Program-made: the position numbers and the translations under genes | Origin: Candidatus Thorarchaeota archaeon | Lineage (GTDB): Archaea; Asgardarchaeota; Thorarchaeia; Thorarchaeales; Thorarchaeaceae | DNA: 62,411 nucleotides | NCBI GenBank assembly: GCA_048882385.1 | Contig: JBHLRQ010000001.1 | Span: 79,340-141,750, forward strand | Reading direction: 5' to 3' | Part shown: positions 48,247-58,148 of the stretch, piece after piece | Layout: each line of letters begins with the position of its first letter | How positions within the stretch are numbered: position 1 is the stretch's first letter | The notes under the pieces: model-generated | What the model saw: only the letters and a program-made list of their open reading frames with translations | The model's database searches: none | Told to the model about the DNA's origin: nothing

Positions 48247-48345
48247 GGTGAGCCATACCGCTTGGTCATATTGGACAATGGTGGTCACACTTAGGGTGTA
48301 TTTGTTCACCAAGACCACCAGCTTTGACCAACTTTGCGGGTTACC
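48247..48345 (+). ncRNA. Candidate structured 5' leader (long interrupted hairpin)
   Basis: Nested pairs GGTGA/TTACC, CCGC/GCGG, TTGGTCA/TGACCAA, TGGTGGTC/GACCACCA, GGTG/CACC. Confidence 0.55.
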
Positions 48346-48363
48346 TATATAGCCGTGATATTC

Positions 48364-49548
48364 ATGTCATGGAGCGCATCAGAGAACGACGCAGTAGACT
48401 CAATCAGGATTGCAGTACTAGGTGCTGGACACGCAGGCAGAGGACTCGCTGGTTATCTCTCTATTCAAGGATTTGATGTTTCTCTCTATAATCGCACAAT
48501 TGCAAATGTCAAGAAAATATCGAAAAGAGGAGGAATCAAGGTTCAGGGTCTCTATGATTCATTCGCCTATCTCCCCCTGGTCACAGATGACATAGCCAAG
48601 GCTATTGAAGACCGTGATATACTGATTGTTGTTGTCCCTGCACAGGCACACACCTTTTTTGCAAAGTCTATTTCTCCTCATCTAAAATCAGGACAGGCAA
48701 TACTTCTGATGCCAGGTAGGACTGGCGGTGCACTTGAGTTTGCCCAAATCTTAAGGTCACAATCTCATACTAGTCGAATTTTGTTAGGTGAGGCTCAAAC
48801 ATTCAGCTTCGTATCACGGATTACTGGAACAGACTCTGTGCTGATTTCCAAGGTTAAGAACAGTACTAGGGTAAGTGCTTTTCCAGCATCTCGCAACCAC
48901 CAATTTCTAAGGAGTCTAAGACGACTTCCAATTACGTTCAGTATGGCTGATGATGTTATGGAAACCAGCCTTGATAATGTCGGTGCGATGCTACATCCAA
49001 CACCCACAATTCTCTGTGCAGGTCTATTAGAGTCTAAAGAAGGTGGATACAACCACTATCATGATGCTATTTCTGAATCAGTAGGACGACTAATAGAACG
49101 AATGGATGCTGAAAGGATCAATGTTTCTCGTGAGTATGTTTCTCATCCTGTTTCTCTTCTGGAATGGTTGAGGACCACCTATGATGCTGAAGGAACTACA
49201 CTTTGTGATTGTATTCAAAGTATTGATGCCTATGATGATGTGGGCAGCCCTTCGTCACTGAATCATCGTTACGTTTTAGAAGATGTACCCACAGGTCTCG
49301 TACCCCTCTCCCATCTTGGAAAATTAGCCGGAGTTGAAACTCCTGCAATAGATGCAGTAATCAACATGGCCTGTCAGCTTTATGACTGTGACTTCTGGAA
49401 CACCGGAAGGAATCTTGAAAACATGGGTGTTGAGGGACTGAATCCGTACGAAGTACGGGAATATGCCAGAACTGGAGTCATGCCGGATCAATATCCCGAA
49501 TGGCATGAGTTTTCTGACTTTTTTGGATTGGAGGTGGATGATATTTGA
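48364..49548 (+). CDS. NAD/NADP octopine/nopaline (opine) dehydrogenase family protein
   Basis: AVLGAGHAG, LMPGRTGGALEF, ETSLDNVGAMLHP, HRYVLEDVPTGLVP; ATG 48364 preferred. Confidence 0.88.
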   Translation: MSWSASENDAVDSIRIAVLGAGHAGRGLAGYLSIQGFDVSLYNRTIANVKKISKRGGIKVQGLYDSFAYLPLVTDDIAKAIEDRDILIVVVPAQAHTFFAKSISPHLKSGQAILLMPGRTGGALEFAQILRSQSHTSRILLGEAQTFSFVSRITGTDSVLISKVKNSTRVSAFPASRNHQFLRSLRRLPITFSMADDVMETSLDNVGAMLHPTPTILCAGLLESKEGGYNHYHDAISESVGRLIERMDAERINVSREYVSHPVSLLEWLRTTYDAEGTTLCDCIQSIDAYDDVGSPSSLNHRYVLEDVPTGLVPLSHLGKLAGVETPAIDAVINMACQLYDCDFWNTGRNLENMGVEGLNPYEVREYARTGVMPDQYPEWHEFSDFFGLEVDDI

Positions 49549-51203
49549 GAATCTTGGGAGCTGCTATAGGAAGTTGCGTCCATGTGGCTGGTGTTCTCAG
49601 ATTTCTCACACTCGCGGAGGAAGAGGGACATGAAACAATCTTCTTGGGACCAGCAGTTTCTATAGATGAATTGATAGTGAAAGCAAAGGAACACAATCCT
49701 GATGTTATCGGTGTGAGTTATAGACTTACAGCGATTAGCGCGGAAAAGCTTCTTGAAGACTTGAAGAGCGCTGCAGAAGAATCAGGTTTAGAGAAGAAAC
49801 GATGGGTGCTTGGTTGTACTGCGCCAGTCAAACCTATCGCAGAGCGAACCATGTTTTTTGAGGAGATATTCACCGGTTTCTCGACTGATGAGGACTCAAT
49901 CAATTTTCTACGTGGTCGTACACACATGCCGCTAGAAGAAAAGTATCCTCAAGACTTGATGACAAGAATGACTATGAAGAGTCCAATTCCAATCATAAGG
50001 CACCACTTTGGTTTACCTACAATTGAAGAAACTGTACATGGTGTCCAAAGAATTGCAGAGGCATCTGTCCTAGATATTATCTCTATTGGACCTGATCAGA
50101 ACGCTCAAGAATCATTCTTTCAGCCATCTAAGATGAACGAAAACCTTGACGGCGATGGAGGCGTCCCGCTTAGAGAATCCAAAGACTTGCAGCGAATTTT
50201 TGAAGCCTCACGAAGAGGTAACTACCCACTCCTGAGATGTTATAGTGGTACTCGTGATTTGTTATCTTGGGCACAGCTGCTAAAGAACACCATCAACAAC
50301 GCGTGGTGTGCAACACCTCTGTTATGGTATAGTGAGCTTGATGGAAGAAGCAAGAGACCTCTTGAGAAAGCCATAATGGAGAATCAAGAGAATCACCGAT
50401 GGCATACAAAAAATGACATTCCTGTAGAAATCAATGAGTCACATCACTGGAGCTTGAGATGTGCTCATGACACAATCGCAGTTACCATGGCATATCTTTC
50501 TGCATACAACGCAAAGAAATCTGGTGTAAGACACTACATTGCACAATACATGCTAAACACACCCCTTGGAACTTCTCCAAAGATGGATCTTGCCAAGATG
50601 CTTGCAAAAATCGAACTTATCGAGTCACTTCATGATCACAATTTTGTATCTCTAAGACAAGTACGTCCTGGTCTTTATTCCTATCCTCCCGATCTAGACA
50701 TGGGTAAGGGTCAACTTGCATCATCAATTTACACCGGAATGATGCTGAAACCACATATCGTGCATGTCGTTGGCTTCTGTGAGGCCAATCATGCTGCAAC
50801 TGCAGACGACATCATTGAGAGTTGCAAAATTGTACGAAGAATCATTCATGACTGTCTTCTTGGAATCCCGAACCTGTTAAACGACAAGGAAGTGGTGATG
50901 CGCAAGAATGAGCTTGTCAAAGAAACCCGACTACTCACCGCTACAATACAATCTCTGGGGGATGAGTCTTCAAAAGACCCACTCATTGAACCTGTAACAT
51001 ATGTACACGCAGTAAAAGAGGGAGTTCTAGATGCACCACATCTGAGAAACAATCCCATTGCCAAGGGACTACTCAGGACCAAGATGATTGATGGTGCTTG
51101 TTTGGCAATAAATCCAGACACAGGCAATCCAATTGATGAAAGCACAAGATTAAGGAAACTAGGTATAGAAATAGCATCCACGCACTCTCTATCTAGCAAA
51201 TAG
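49545..51203 (+). CDS. Cobalamin-binding domain protein with large uncharacterised catalytic domain
   Basis: N-terminal GSCVHVAG (DxHxxG-like), FLGPAV, IGVSYRL; overlaps upstream stop. Confidence 0.8.
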   Translation: MRILGAAIGSCVHVAGVLRFLTLAEEEGHETIFLGPAVSIDELIVKAKEHNPDVIGVSYRLTAISAEKLLEDLKSAAEESGLEKKRWVLGCTAPVKPIAERTMFFEEIFTGFSTDEDSINFLRGRTHMPLEEKYPQDLMTRMTMKSPIPIIRHHFGLPTIEETVHGVQRIAEASVLDIISIGPDQNAQESFFQPSKMNENLDGDGGVPLRESKDLQRIFEASRRGNYPLLRCYSGTRDLLSWAQLLKNTINNAWCATPLLWYSELDGRSKRPLEKAIMENQENHRWHTKNDIPVEINESHHWSLRCAHDTIAVTMAYLSAYNAKKSGVRHYIAQYMLNTPLGTSPKMDLAKMLAKIELIESLHDHNFVSLRQVRPGLYSYPPDLDMGKGQLASSIYTGMMLKPHIVHVVGFCEANHAATADDIIESCKIVRRIIHDCLLGIPNLLNDKEVVMRKNELVKETRLLTATIQSLGDESSKDPLIEPVTYVHAVKEGVLDAPHLRNNPIAKGLLRTKMIDGACLAINPDTGNPIDESTRLRKLGIEIASTHSLSSK

Positions 51204-51210
51204 TTCCCAA

Positions 51211-51257
51211 GACTGTAGAATCATCGGTTGTCAGTTCAAATCCAGCCGTCCCAACCA
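51211..51257 (+). repeat. att-like copy 2 (degenerate) of tRNA-Tyr 3' half
   Basis: 41/47 identical to 46139-46185. Confidence 0.9.
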
Positions 51258-51327
51258 TTTCTTTTCCTACAATCTTAGAACCACCAAACTACAAATCCAA
51301 GCAATGCTATACTGGAGGACAATCCTA

Positions 51328-52299
51328 TCACGAATTGGGATTGATTGAGATTCCAAGAACACGGACAAGTTCCTTGTAGCGATTACGAATTGTGACCTCT
51401 GTGACTCGTGAAATTGCAGCTATTTCCCTTTGAGTGCGTCTATCATCTTCAAGTATTCCAGCAATATAGAGCGCAGCTCCTGCGATTCCTCCAGGATCCT
51501 TTCCCATGGTTATGTATCTCTCTTTTGCTTCCTTGATTATTTCAGTCGCCCTCTTCACAGTTCTTCCTTCTAATACAAGATCGGAGGACAATCTTGGTAT
51601 CAAGTCTTGTGCGGAAGCAAGTGGTACATTAGTATCGGTTCGAGAAACAATCAGACGAACTGACTGACCAATCTGTTTCCTATCCAAGTTTGTTTCAGTC
51701 ACAATTTCGTCCAGTCGTCTTGGAATTCTATGAATCCGACAAGCAAGGTAAATTGATGCTGCAACTACTGATTCAATACTTCTTCCCCTCACAAGTCTAT
51801 TTGCCAGAGCCTTTCGATATATCAAAGCCGCAGATTCTCTGATATCACGTGGAACTCCGAGTTGTGAAGAGAGTCTCTCCATCTCACTCATTGCAATACT
51901 GAGATTCCTGTGTTCTGAAGTATGGAGCCTGCTTCTGATATGCCATTTTCGCATTCTGTAAATAGCGGCACGAGTACTACCTGTGAGTGCCTTTCCACTT
52001 GCATCCCTATTTCTCCAATCAATCATGGTTGCTAGGCCTTTATCAGCTATAGTGAAAGTACTTGGCGCACCTGTTCTTGCTCTTGAGTTCCTCTCTTCTG
52101 TGGTAAATGCTCTCCATTCAGGACCAGTATCAGCAATACGCTCAGATACAACAAGCCCACATACCGTACAGGTATTCTCTCCTCGAGAATAGTCTTCTGT
52201 GAAAAGACTTTGTCCGCAACCCATACACACCCTTCTCTTTCTTGAATTTGCCACTTTGACTTCTGCGGAGTCTTTCATGCTCAGTGCCTCTTTTGCCAT
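51328..52299 (-). CDS. tfb: Transcription initiation factor B
   Basis: Zn ribbon, DTGPEWRAF B-reader, two cyclin repeats, VTEVTIRNRYKEL. Confidence 0.96.
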   Translation of the reverse strand: MAKEALSMKDSAEVKVANSRKRRVCMGCGQSLFTEDYSRGENTCTVCGLVVSERIADTGPEWRAFTTEERNSRARTGAPSTFTIADKGLATMIDWRNRDASGKALTGSTRAAIYRMRKWHIRSRLHTSEHRNLSIAMSEMERLSSQLGVPRDIRESAALIYRKALANRLVRGRSIESVVAASIYLACRIHRIPRRLDEIVTETNLDRKQIGQSVRLIVSRTDTNVPLASAQDLIPRLSSDLVLEGRTVKRATEIIKEAKERYITMGKDPGGIAGAALYIAGILEDDRRTQREIAAISRVTEVTIRNRYKELVRVLGISINPNS

Positions 52300-52653
52300 T
52301 CTTTTTCACTTCATGATTGTAGCTCAGATCTAAAGTAGGACTTTTCGGGATTCGTACAAATAGACTATCAACACATTCTATCTGCCTAATCGGCTATTAT
52401 ACGGGAATACGACGAAATTAACTCTCTACTTATTCTCTCAATCAATACATCATGTTAATACTTGCTTATAAGTGGGTTCTTTTAGTAATCAATCCAATTC
52501 CAATTGTCCCAATCATCATCCAGATTTGTGAAAATCATCCCCGACTGAATGAGCTTTGATCTTGTAGATGCGGCACACCCCAGTCCTTATTAACAATGGT
52601 TAACAATCTATATTCGCCGAAATACGGTGAATAAGGGATAGTGAGGTAACAAT

Positions 52654-53592
52654 ATGGCAATCAGTAAGAGCAATCAATTCGATGTAGCAATTATCGGTGG
52701 AGGTCCAGCCGGACTGTCTGCTGGCATCATAGCGGCATATAAGGGACTCAAGGCAGCTATATTCGAAGGTGGTACATGGGGCGGTCTCTTATCGACAATA
52801 TATCCATACAAACATGTCTTCAATTATCCGGGCACACCGAAAATAATGGCTTCTCACTTAGTTGCTGAATGGGTTCGCCAAGCTGCAGATTTGGGAGTTC
52901 GTTTGATTAAGGAGCGAGTCACAGAAATAACAAGTGAAAAATCTGTAATTACCACTGAAGATGAATACAAAGCTCAAGTAGTCATTATCGCGACAGGGAT
53001 GCGTCCAAATACGCTTGGAATACCCGGTGAAATTGAATTCAGCAAGAAGGATCGCGGTGTCTTTCCATATGTGACTGACCCTGAGTTGTTTCGTGACAAG
53101 AAAGTACTGGTAGTTGGAGGAGGGGACACAGCTATAGATGCAGTCATTGATGCTCATAATGTGACCCATGAAATTTGGGTTGCACATAGGAAGGATGAAT
53201 TTCGGGCTGCAGAAACAAGGGTAGATATGATATTGAAGGAGAAGATGGCTGAGCCTCTATATAATACAGAACTTGTGGAAATTAGAGGAAAATCAGAGGT
53301 TGAAGAAGTCACACTTCATAATAATCAGACCAAAGAGAATTTGACTTTGGAAGTTGATCGTGTGATAATTGCTGTTGGATTAGTTCCCAACATAGAGGTT
53401 TTTGATCACTTGGGTCTCAAAATGAATGGACGGTTCATTGTCGTGGATGCTGAGATGAGGACCAATATCGAAGGTGTCTTTGCTGCTGGAGACATTATTT
53501 CAGTATATCAGTTGGCTTCAGTGGCTGCAGCCCAAGGAGCTCTTGCTGCACATAATGCCTACAAGTATATCAGAAAACCATACTGGGCATAA
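52654..53592 (+). CDS. Thioredoxin-reductase-like flavoprotein without CxxC (FNR-type)
   Basis: IIGGGPAG, VVGGGDTA, TNIEGVFAAGD; VFPYVTD at the usual CxxCD position. Confidence 0.85.
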   Translation: MAISKSNQFDVAIIGGGPAGLSAGIIAAYKGLKAAIFEGGTWGGLLSTIYPYKHVFNYPGTPKIMASHLVAEWVRQAADLGVRLIKERVTEITSEKSVITTEDEYKAQVVIIATGMRPNTLGIPGEIEFSKKDRGVFPYVTDPELFRDKKVLVVGGGDTAIDAVIDAHNVTHEIWVAHRKDEFRAAETRVDMILKEKMAEPLYNTELVEIRGKSEVEEVTLHNNQTKENLTLEVDRVIIAVGLVPNIEVFDHLGLKMNGRFIVVDAEMRTNIEGVFAAGDIISVYQLASVAAAQGALAAHNAYKYIRKPYWA

Positions 53593-53742
53593 TAACCCAA
53601 TTTAGTTCTCTGATCATTGCACTTCATATCAGAAGATAATTATACCTTTTATTTGGAATTAATTTTCAAAGTATTTGTTAATGAAGACTCTGAATGCTCT
53701 TCAACAAAAACACATTACCTTTTGAAAACGAGTGAATAACTC

Positions 53743-54624
53743 ATGACACTGTCAGTAAAAATAGATACATCATTTATCGTGCCATTACTCCATTATCTTT
53801 CAAAGCCCAGCAAAGAACTACTTATTGAGATAACCAGTCACGATGCTGCTATTAAGACACATTCACACGCTCTTAGATTTCGAAATACTACAAAGAGCAT
53901 TGGTCATTTCTGGAAAGGCATTCTGAAACAGCTATCAGAGGATGATACTTTGATAGATTCTGTAAAAAGCAACTTGACCTATATCTACAATGAAACTGAC
54001 ATATTCAATGAACTCCTCACAGATTTATGGAAGTACTTTCCAGACGGTACATACCTGAGAAGCGTTCTGTATACGATTCTGGGATACGATATTGGAATTG
54101 TATCCGAAGGCTATGCACTCATCAACTTGGGACACCACGATTTTCACAGAGATCCACGCGAAATTCTCTATATGGCAATGCATGAACTACATCATGTAGT
54201 CTTCACTGCCTATAATCCCATTTTTGACCTCTCCCAAATTCATCGTACTGATCAATTGTTCGATGTCGTGAAATATTGTACTCATATGGAGGGTCTTGCT
54301 GTATATTCCATATTGGAACAAAGAAAAGCTGCGAATGCACTGAATAATCGTGACTACAAGTTACTCCTTGATGACAGAGCTACGACAAAACGAGTATCAG
54401 AATATTTCGACATTCTTACGGATTTAGAGATTCGAGCTGATAGTCCTCTCCGTGAAGAAGACTGGAGGATTCTCGATAGAATGAGTGACAGAGATAGACT
54501 CTGGTATGTAGCAGGGGCTCACATGGCTCAAATGATTGAAAAGAATCTGGGACGTGAAACACTGATTGAAACCATGAGATTAGGTCCGGATGACTTCTTC
54601 AAGACATATCACGAGTCGTTTTGA
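53743..54624 (+). CDS. Putative Zn-dependent protease (DUF5700-like)
   Basis: HELHH...EGLA, WYVAG..MA. Confidence 0.7.
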   Translation: MTLSVKIDTSFIVPLLHYLSKPSKELLIEITSHDAAIKTHSHALRFRNTTKSIGHFWKGILKQLSEDDTLIDSVKSNLTYIYNETDIFNELLTDLWKYFPDGTYLRSVLYTILGYDIGIVSEGYALINLGHHDFHRDPREILYMAMHELHHVVFTAYNPIFDLSQIHRTDQLFDVVKYCTHMEGLAVYSILEQRKAANALNNRDYKLLLDDRATTKRVSEYFDILTDLEIRADSPLREEDWRILDRMSDRDRLWYVAGAHMAQMIEKNLGRETLIETMRLGPDDFFKTYHESF

Positions 54625-54631
54625 TGATTAT

Positions 54632-55135
54632 TTACTCAAGTCCAGTATCTGAATCAATAAGATATGATATGAAATTGATAAGGCGGTCACGATGACTCTG
54701 ATCTATTGCTGATAGCTCCAATGTAGGTAATCTTGTCATTTTTTCAATTCGCCTTTTGGTGAATCTGTCTTTCAAGTCCTGTTTGTTTGCTATTATTGCC
54801 AATCGGGTATTTGGAAAAACCTGTCTCATGAACTTCAAAGAGTACTTAATTCTATTAACGTCCTCTCTGGAACTATCTGAAACAATAATGACGTAGCGGT
54901 TGAATTTTGGACTTATTTCTAAAAAAGAAGCCGCGAAAACTCCGAGTCGCTCTGGTTCAAAGCTGGATGTCTGAAGCTCCCAAATAGTGTATGAAGTATC
55001 TTCAGCTTTGAGTTGATATGTAGTACCTCTGCTTTCAGCTCCTCTATCTAATAGTTTCACAATTGCTGTTTTTCCCACTTGCGAATCACCAATTAAAGCG
55101 AGGGAAATTTGGTTCTTAATCTCTATATCAAACAC
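54632..55135 (-). CDS. Divergent small GTPase-like protein
   Basis: G1 GDSQVGKT, G4 ANKQD, G5 LSA; G3 DxxG replaced by WELQ. Confidence 0.75.
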   Translation of the reverse strand: MFDIEIKNQISLALIGDSQVGKTAIVKLLDRGAESRGTTYQLKAEDTSYTIWELQTSSFEPERLGVFAASFLEISPKFNRYVIIVSDSSREDVNRIKYSLKFMRQVFPNTRLAIIANKQDLKDRFTKRRIEKMTRLPTLELSAIDQSHRDRLINFISYLIDSDTGLE

Positions 55136-55223
55136 CTACAAAATCACATGTTTCATCATTTGTTGAATTGCTCACTAAAGCAAGCTACACAGATAGAGGA
55201 CTTTCCAATGATCTGAATCAGGT

Positions 55224-55907
55224 CTATTTCAGATTTAATCTGTCCTTGACATCTTTTACTCCAACTGTGTTGTATGCACATTCTAGGGCTGTTTCGTAAG
55301 CTGCACGATTAGAAAGTTCTCCAGAGATTGTAACAACTCCATCTTTAACTTTGATATCTACTTCATCTGCATTTACTGCATAGCTTCTGTCAACCGCGTT
55401 CATTATCTCCGTGGCAATGACCTGGTCCGTTACTTTCGCTGTAGGCACAACTGTCAGTTTATTCTCAATATCAATAACACCTATCACATCTGAAGCAATT
55501 TGCTGTGCACGGAAAGTCTTCCAATATGCATCGACATGTCCTTCAAGTGATACTTCTCCTTTCTTTACTCTAACCTGAATGTTCTCCTTACTGGTACTGT
55601 CATTCCATTTTAGCTGCTTTTCGATACTTTCCTTGATTTGTGAATCAGTCAGTATCTTTGCTGTGGAAGGAAACCTGACAAAGGAGTTATTGTTTACCTT
55701 CTTGACTCCTGGAACTTTCCAAGCTGTGAAAAGAGCGGCTTCCTTTATACCATAACTAGGAACAGTGCCTCTTAGAGTTACAACCCCATCTGTAACTTCA
55801 ACATGAATATCTGAGGCGTCAACACGATTGTCCCAGTATAACATATCTACAACTGCTTTCTTGATTTGTTCATCTTTTGATTTCATTATTTTCTTATCCT
55901 TATACAT
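55224..55907 (-). CDS. Triple BON-domain protein
   Basis: Three repeats D..I...V....I.V.V..G.V.L.G...A..V.GV..V.N.L. Confidence 0.92.
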   Translation of the reverse strand: MYKDKKIMKSKDEQIKKAVVDMLYWDNRVDASDIHVEVTDGVVTLRGTVPSYGIKEAALFTAWKVPGVKKVNNNSFVRFPSTAKILTDSQIKESIEKQLKWNDSTSKENIQVRVKKGEVSLEGHVDAYWKTFRAQQIASDVIGVIDIENKLTVVPTAKVTDQVIATEIMNAVDRSYAVNADEVDIKVKDGVVTISGELSNRAAYETALECAYNTVGVKDVKDRLNLK

Positions 55908-56014
55908 TATATATACAATAGAGGTTTAATAAGTGTTATGATAGAGACAAATTTAAGATAAAATAAAAGTCATTTATTGAACACATTTATAAGAACAAAT
56001 AATAAAAGAACATT

Positions 56015-56272
56015 ATGGAAATTAATGAAATAAGAACTAAATCAGAGAAAAATTTGAGATACCGTAGGGGAAGAACAAGAAACTACCCACGTTTCAAGAA
56101 AGTTCTGGAAAAATATAGAAAAACTGGTGATCCACTCAATCTTGATGATGTCGTGAAATTTATGGGTGTTTCTCATCATAGTCTTAGAAACTATGCAAAA
56201 GAATTGAACCTTCGGATGATTGTTATGACTGATGAAGAGGGAATTCGATGGGTAGCTTTCAAGGAACTGTAG
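56015..56272 (+). CDS. Small basic hypothetical protein, possible HTH
   Basis: LNLDDVVKFMGVSHHSLRNYA; AT-rich upstream region. Confidence 0.55.
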   Translation: MEINEIRTKSEKNLRYRRGRTRNYPRFKKVLEKYRKTGDPLNLDDVVKFMGVSHHSLRNYAKELNLRMIVMTDEEGIRWVAFKEL

Positions 56273-56831
56273 AATATTTGTCGTCCTGACTATATCTTTT
56301 TCCAAGTGCGCTTGCAAAATCCTCAATCTCTCTTTGATTCTGAAGAATATACACATTCTTACTTTCTCTCAGTCTATTCAAGAATCTGAGGATTACTGGT
56401 TTTCGTGTCCGAGGATAATCCCAGATCCAACGAATGAAATCCAAGTCAATCTTCTCAGGACACCCTTCAGTTACATCTGGTCGTGTCTTTCCCCGGTTTC
56501 TTAGGTATCTAGAGAACACACGGAAGTACGATAATCTACGTGTCATATCTAAGAAAATTAGAGTATCTGCGGCTTTTGCACGCATCTTCAGCGTTGATGT
56601 ATAGTTCCCGTCCATAACCCAAGTTTCCGAAGCAATCAATTCTTTGACCTTGTCTATCCATTCGTCCTTAGGAGTTTCCACCCAGTTTGGTTTCCAGTAA
56701 TGCATGTCCAGATGGACTGATGGAATACCAAGAATTCTACTAATTCTTCCTCCAACTGTAGACTTTCCTGACCCGCTTGGACCTAGAATCAATATTCTTC
56801 TGGGAGGAGAATTCGGAAACACTGGTTGCAT
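56259..56831 (-). CDS. Adenylate-kinase-like / FlaR topology modulation protein family
   Basis: GPSGSGKST, HLD..YW.PNW, WVMDGNY, GCPEK. Confidence 0.85.
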   Translation of the reverse strand: MQPVFPNSPPRRILILGPSGSGKSTVGGRISRILGIPSVHLDMHYWKPNWVETPKDEWIDKVKELIASETWVMDGNYTSTLKMRAKAADTLIFLDMTRRLSYFRVFSRYLRNRGKTRPDVTEGCPEKIDLDFIRWIWDYPRTRKPVILRFLNRLRESKNVYILQNQREIEDFASALGKRYSQDDKYSTVP

Positions 56832-56975
56832 GTCAATTAGAAATGAACCGAATCATCCTTTCTTACTTTTTGGTCTGATTAGTAGTAATTCAATATCAGG
56901 TCTTCTCCAACTTTGCCATTTTTGTAGATTCTGATACTTTGTCGTCCCTTGATTACATCATCAATGTCCATCAGA

Positions 56976-57962
56976 TTACTGAACATCTTCTGGGAGCTGA
57001 ATTACGAAACTACACTCGATATCTCCCTTCAATGCAGATTTCACCATCTCATACTCAAGTGGCCGATCTAGTGCAGCCTCCCAAGGCATCTTTGTAAAGC
57101 CTCCGCTACAATGACAGAAATTTACAGAAACATCAACATTGTCATCCAGTATTGACTCACGAGCCCACGCACAGTGACATGCATAGTATCTCTTCTTCTT
57201 CTCATCCTTTTCATTAAGAAACTCCTGTACCATGTATGGAATTTTGGTATGGTAGATTGTGTTTCCTCTTCTCTCGCCACTTAAGACATCAGGGCGACTT
57301 TTCACATAATCAACGACAGCATCAGTAATGTATTGATTGTAAAACAGTGTACCTTCATCCCTATGTTTCTCTAGTTCTGCGATTGCATCCTCTCGTTTCT
57401 GTTTCAGATATTCATCAATACTTCCAGCTTTTAGGAACTTTTCACGCTCCCCTTTTCTGAAGTCGCGTGGCAGACCATGAGCTACATCGGCTAAGATTTT
57501 CTTACAATCAGATGGCTCCAGTATTTTCTCCATCTTTTCTACCACTTCTCGAGTGACCATCATTTTGTCTGTGTCAGGCATACCTAAATGAGGTAGCTTC
57601 TCTTCTGGTAGAATCTCATCACGTTTCTTTTCACCAACATGTTCACCAAGCCGTTCGCGGAGGACATTCATTACTTCTCCCCCATCGAATATCGCCAGAA
57701 CTGGCAGATACAGATCCATGTTTTGCAAAAAGTATGCATACCGAGAAATTGCAGCATAGTTGAGATATGTGTTCAATCCTTCATCAATCAAAACCCTAGA
57801 GAAGTTGTTGAATTCATCCTCTCTAGCAGTTTCTAAAGTCCTGTCAAACTGTTTCAGAAACTTCTCGAATCTTTCTACCATCTTTATGTTTTCAACAATC
57901 TGTTCCTCCTGAACAGGCTGATCCCTGTCCGTCAAGTACTTTCGAAATCCATCCTTGTCCAT
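56976..57962 (-). CDS. Hypothetical Cys-motif protein (DUF6144-like)
   Basis: YYACHCAW, FCHCSGGF, S.LKGD..C.F. Confidence 0.7.
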   Translation of the reverse strand: MDKDGFRKYLTDRDQPVQEEQIVENIKMVERFEKFLKQFDRTLETAREDEFNNFSRVLIDEGLNTYLNYAAISRYAYFLQNMDLYLPVLAIFDGGEVMNVLRERLGEHVGEKKRDEILPEEKLPHLGMPDTDKMMVTREVVEKMEKILEPSDCKKILADVAHGLPRDFRKGEREKFLKAGSIDEYLKQKREDAIAELEKHRDEGTLFYNQYITDAVVDYVKSRPDVLSGERRGNTIYHTKIPYMVQEFLNEKDEKKKRYYACHCAWARESILDDNVDVSVNFCHCSGGFTKMPWEAALDRPLEYEMVKSALKGDIECSFVIQLPEDVQ

Positions 57963-58148
57963 CTTTTACACACCCGTTCAATCTTCCCGATATATACTAA
58001 TGAAACGAAGGATGAACGCAAGAAAAGAGATGATAAGAAGCTCACTCGGAAATCATGAGAACCATTTTGGCGCCATTTGTGAGTATTACCTAGTTAATAC
58101 AGGTGCTTAACTATCCCAGTAAGTACGAATGATTGGTGTATTCGAGTA

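Larger units (their letters stand above)
48114..51257. mobile_element. tRNA-Tyr-anchored islet 2 (no integrase)
   Basis: Between att-like copy 1 and degenerate copy 2; two-gene cargo. Confidence 0.65.

Noticed and set aside
48070-51257. The two tRNA-Tyr fragments as split-tRNA halves
   Set aside because: An intact tRNA-Tyr is present, no complementary leaders or 5' halves are seen, and copy 2 has mismatches that weaken the T-stem; att remnants fit better.
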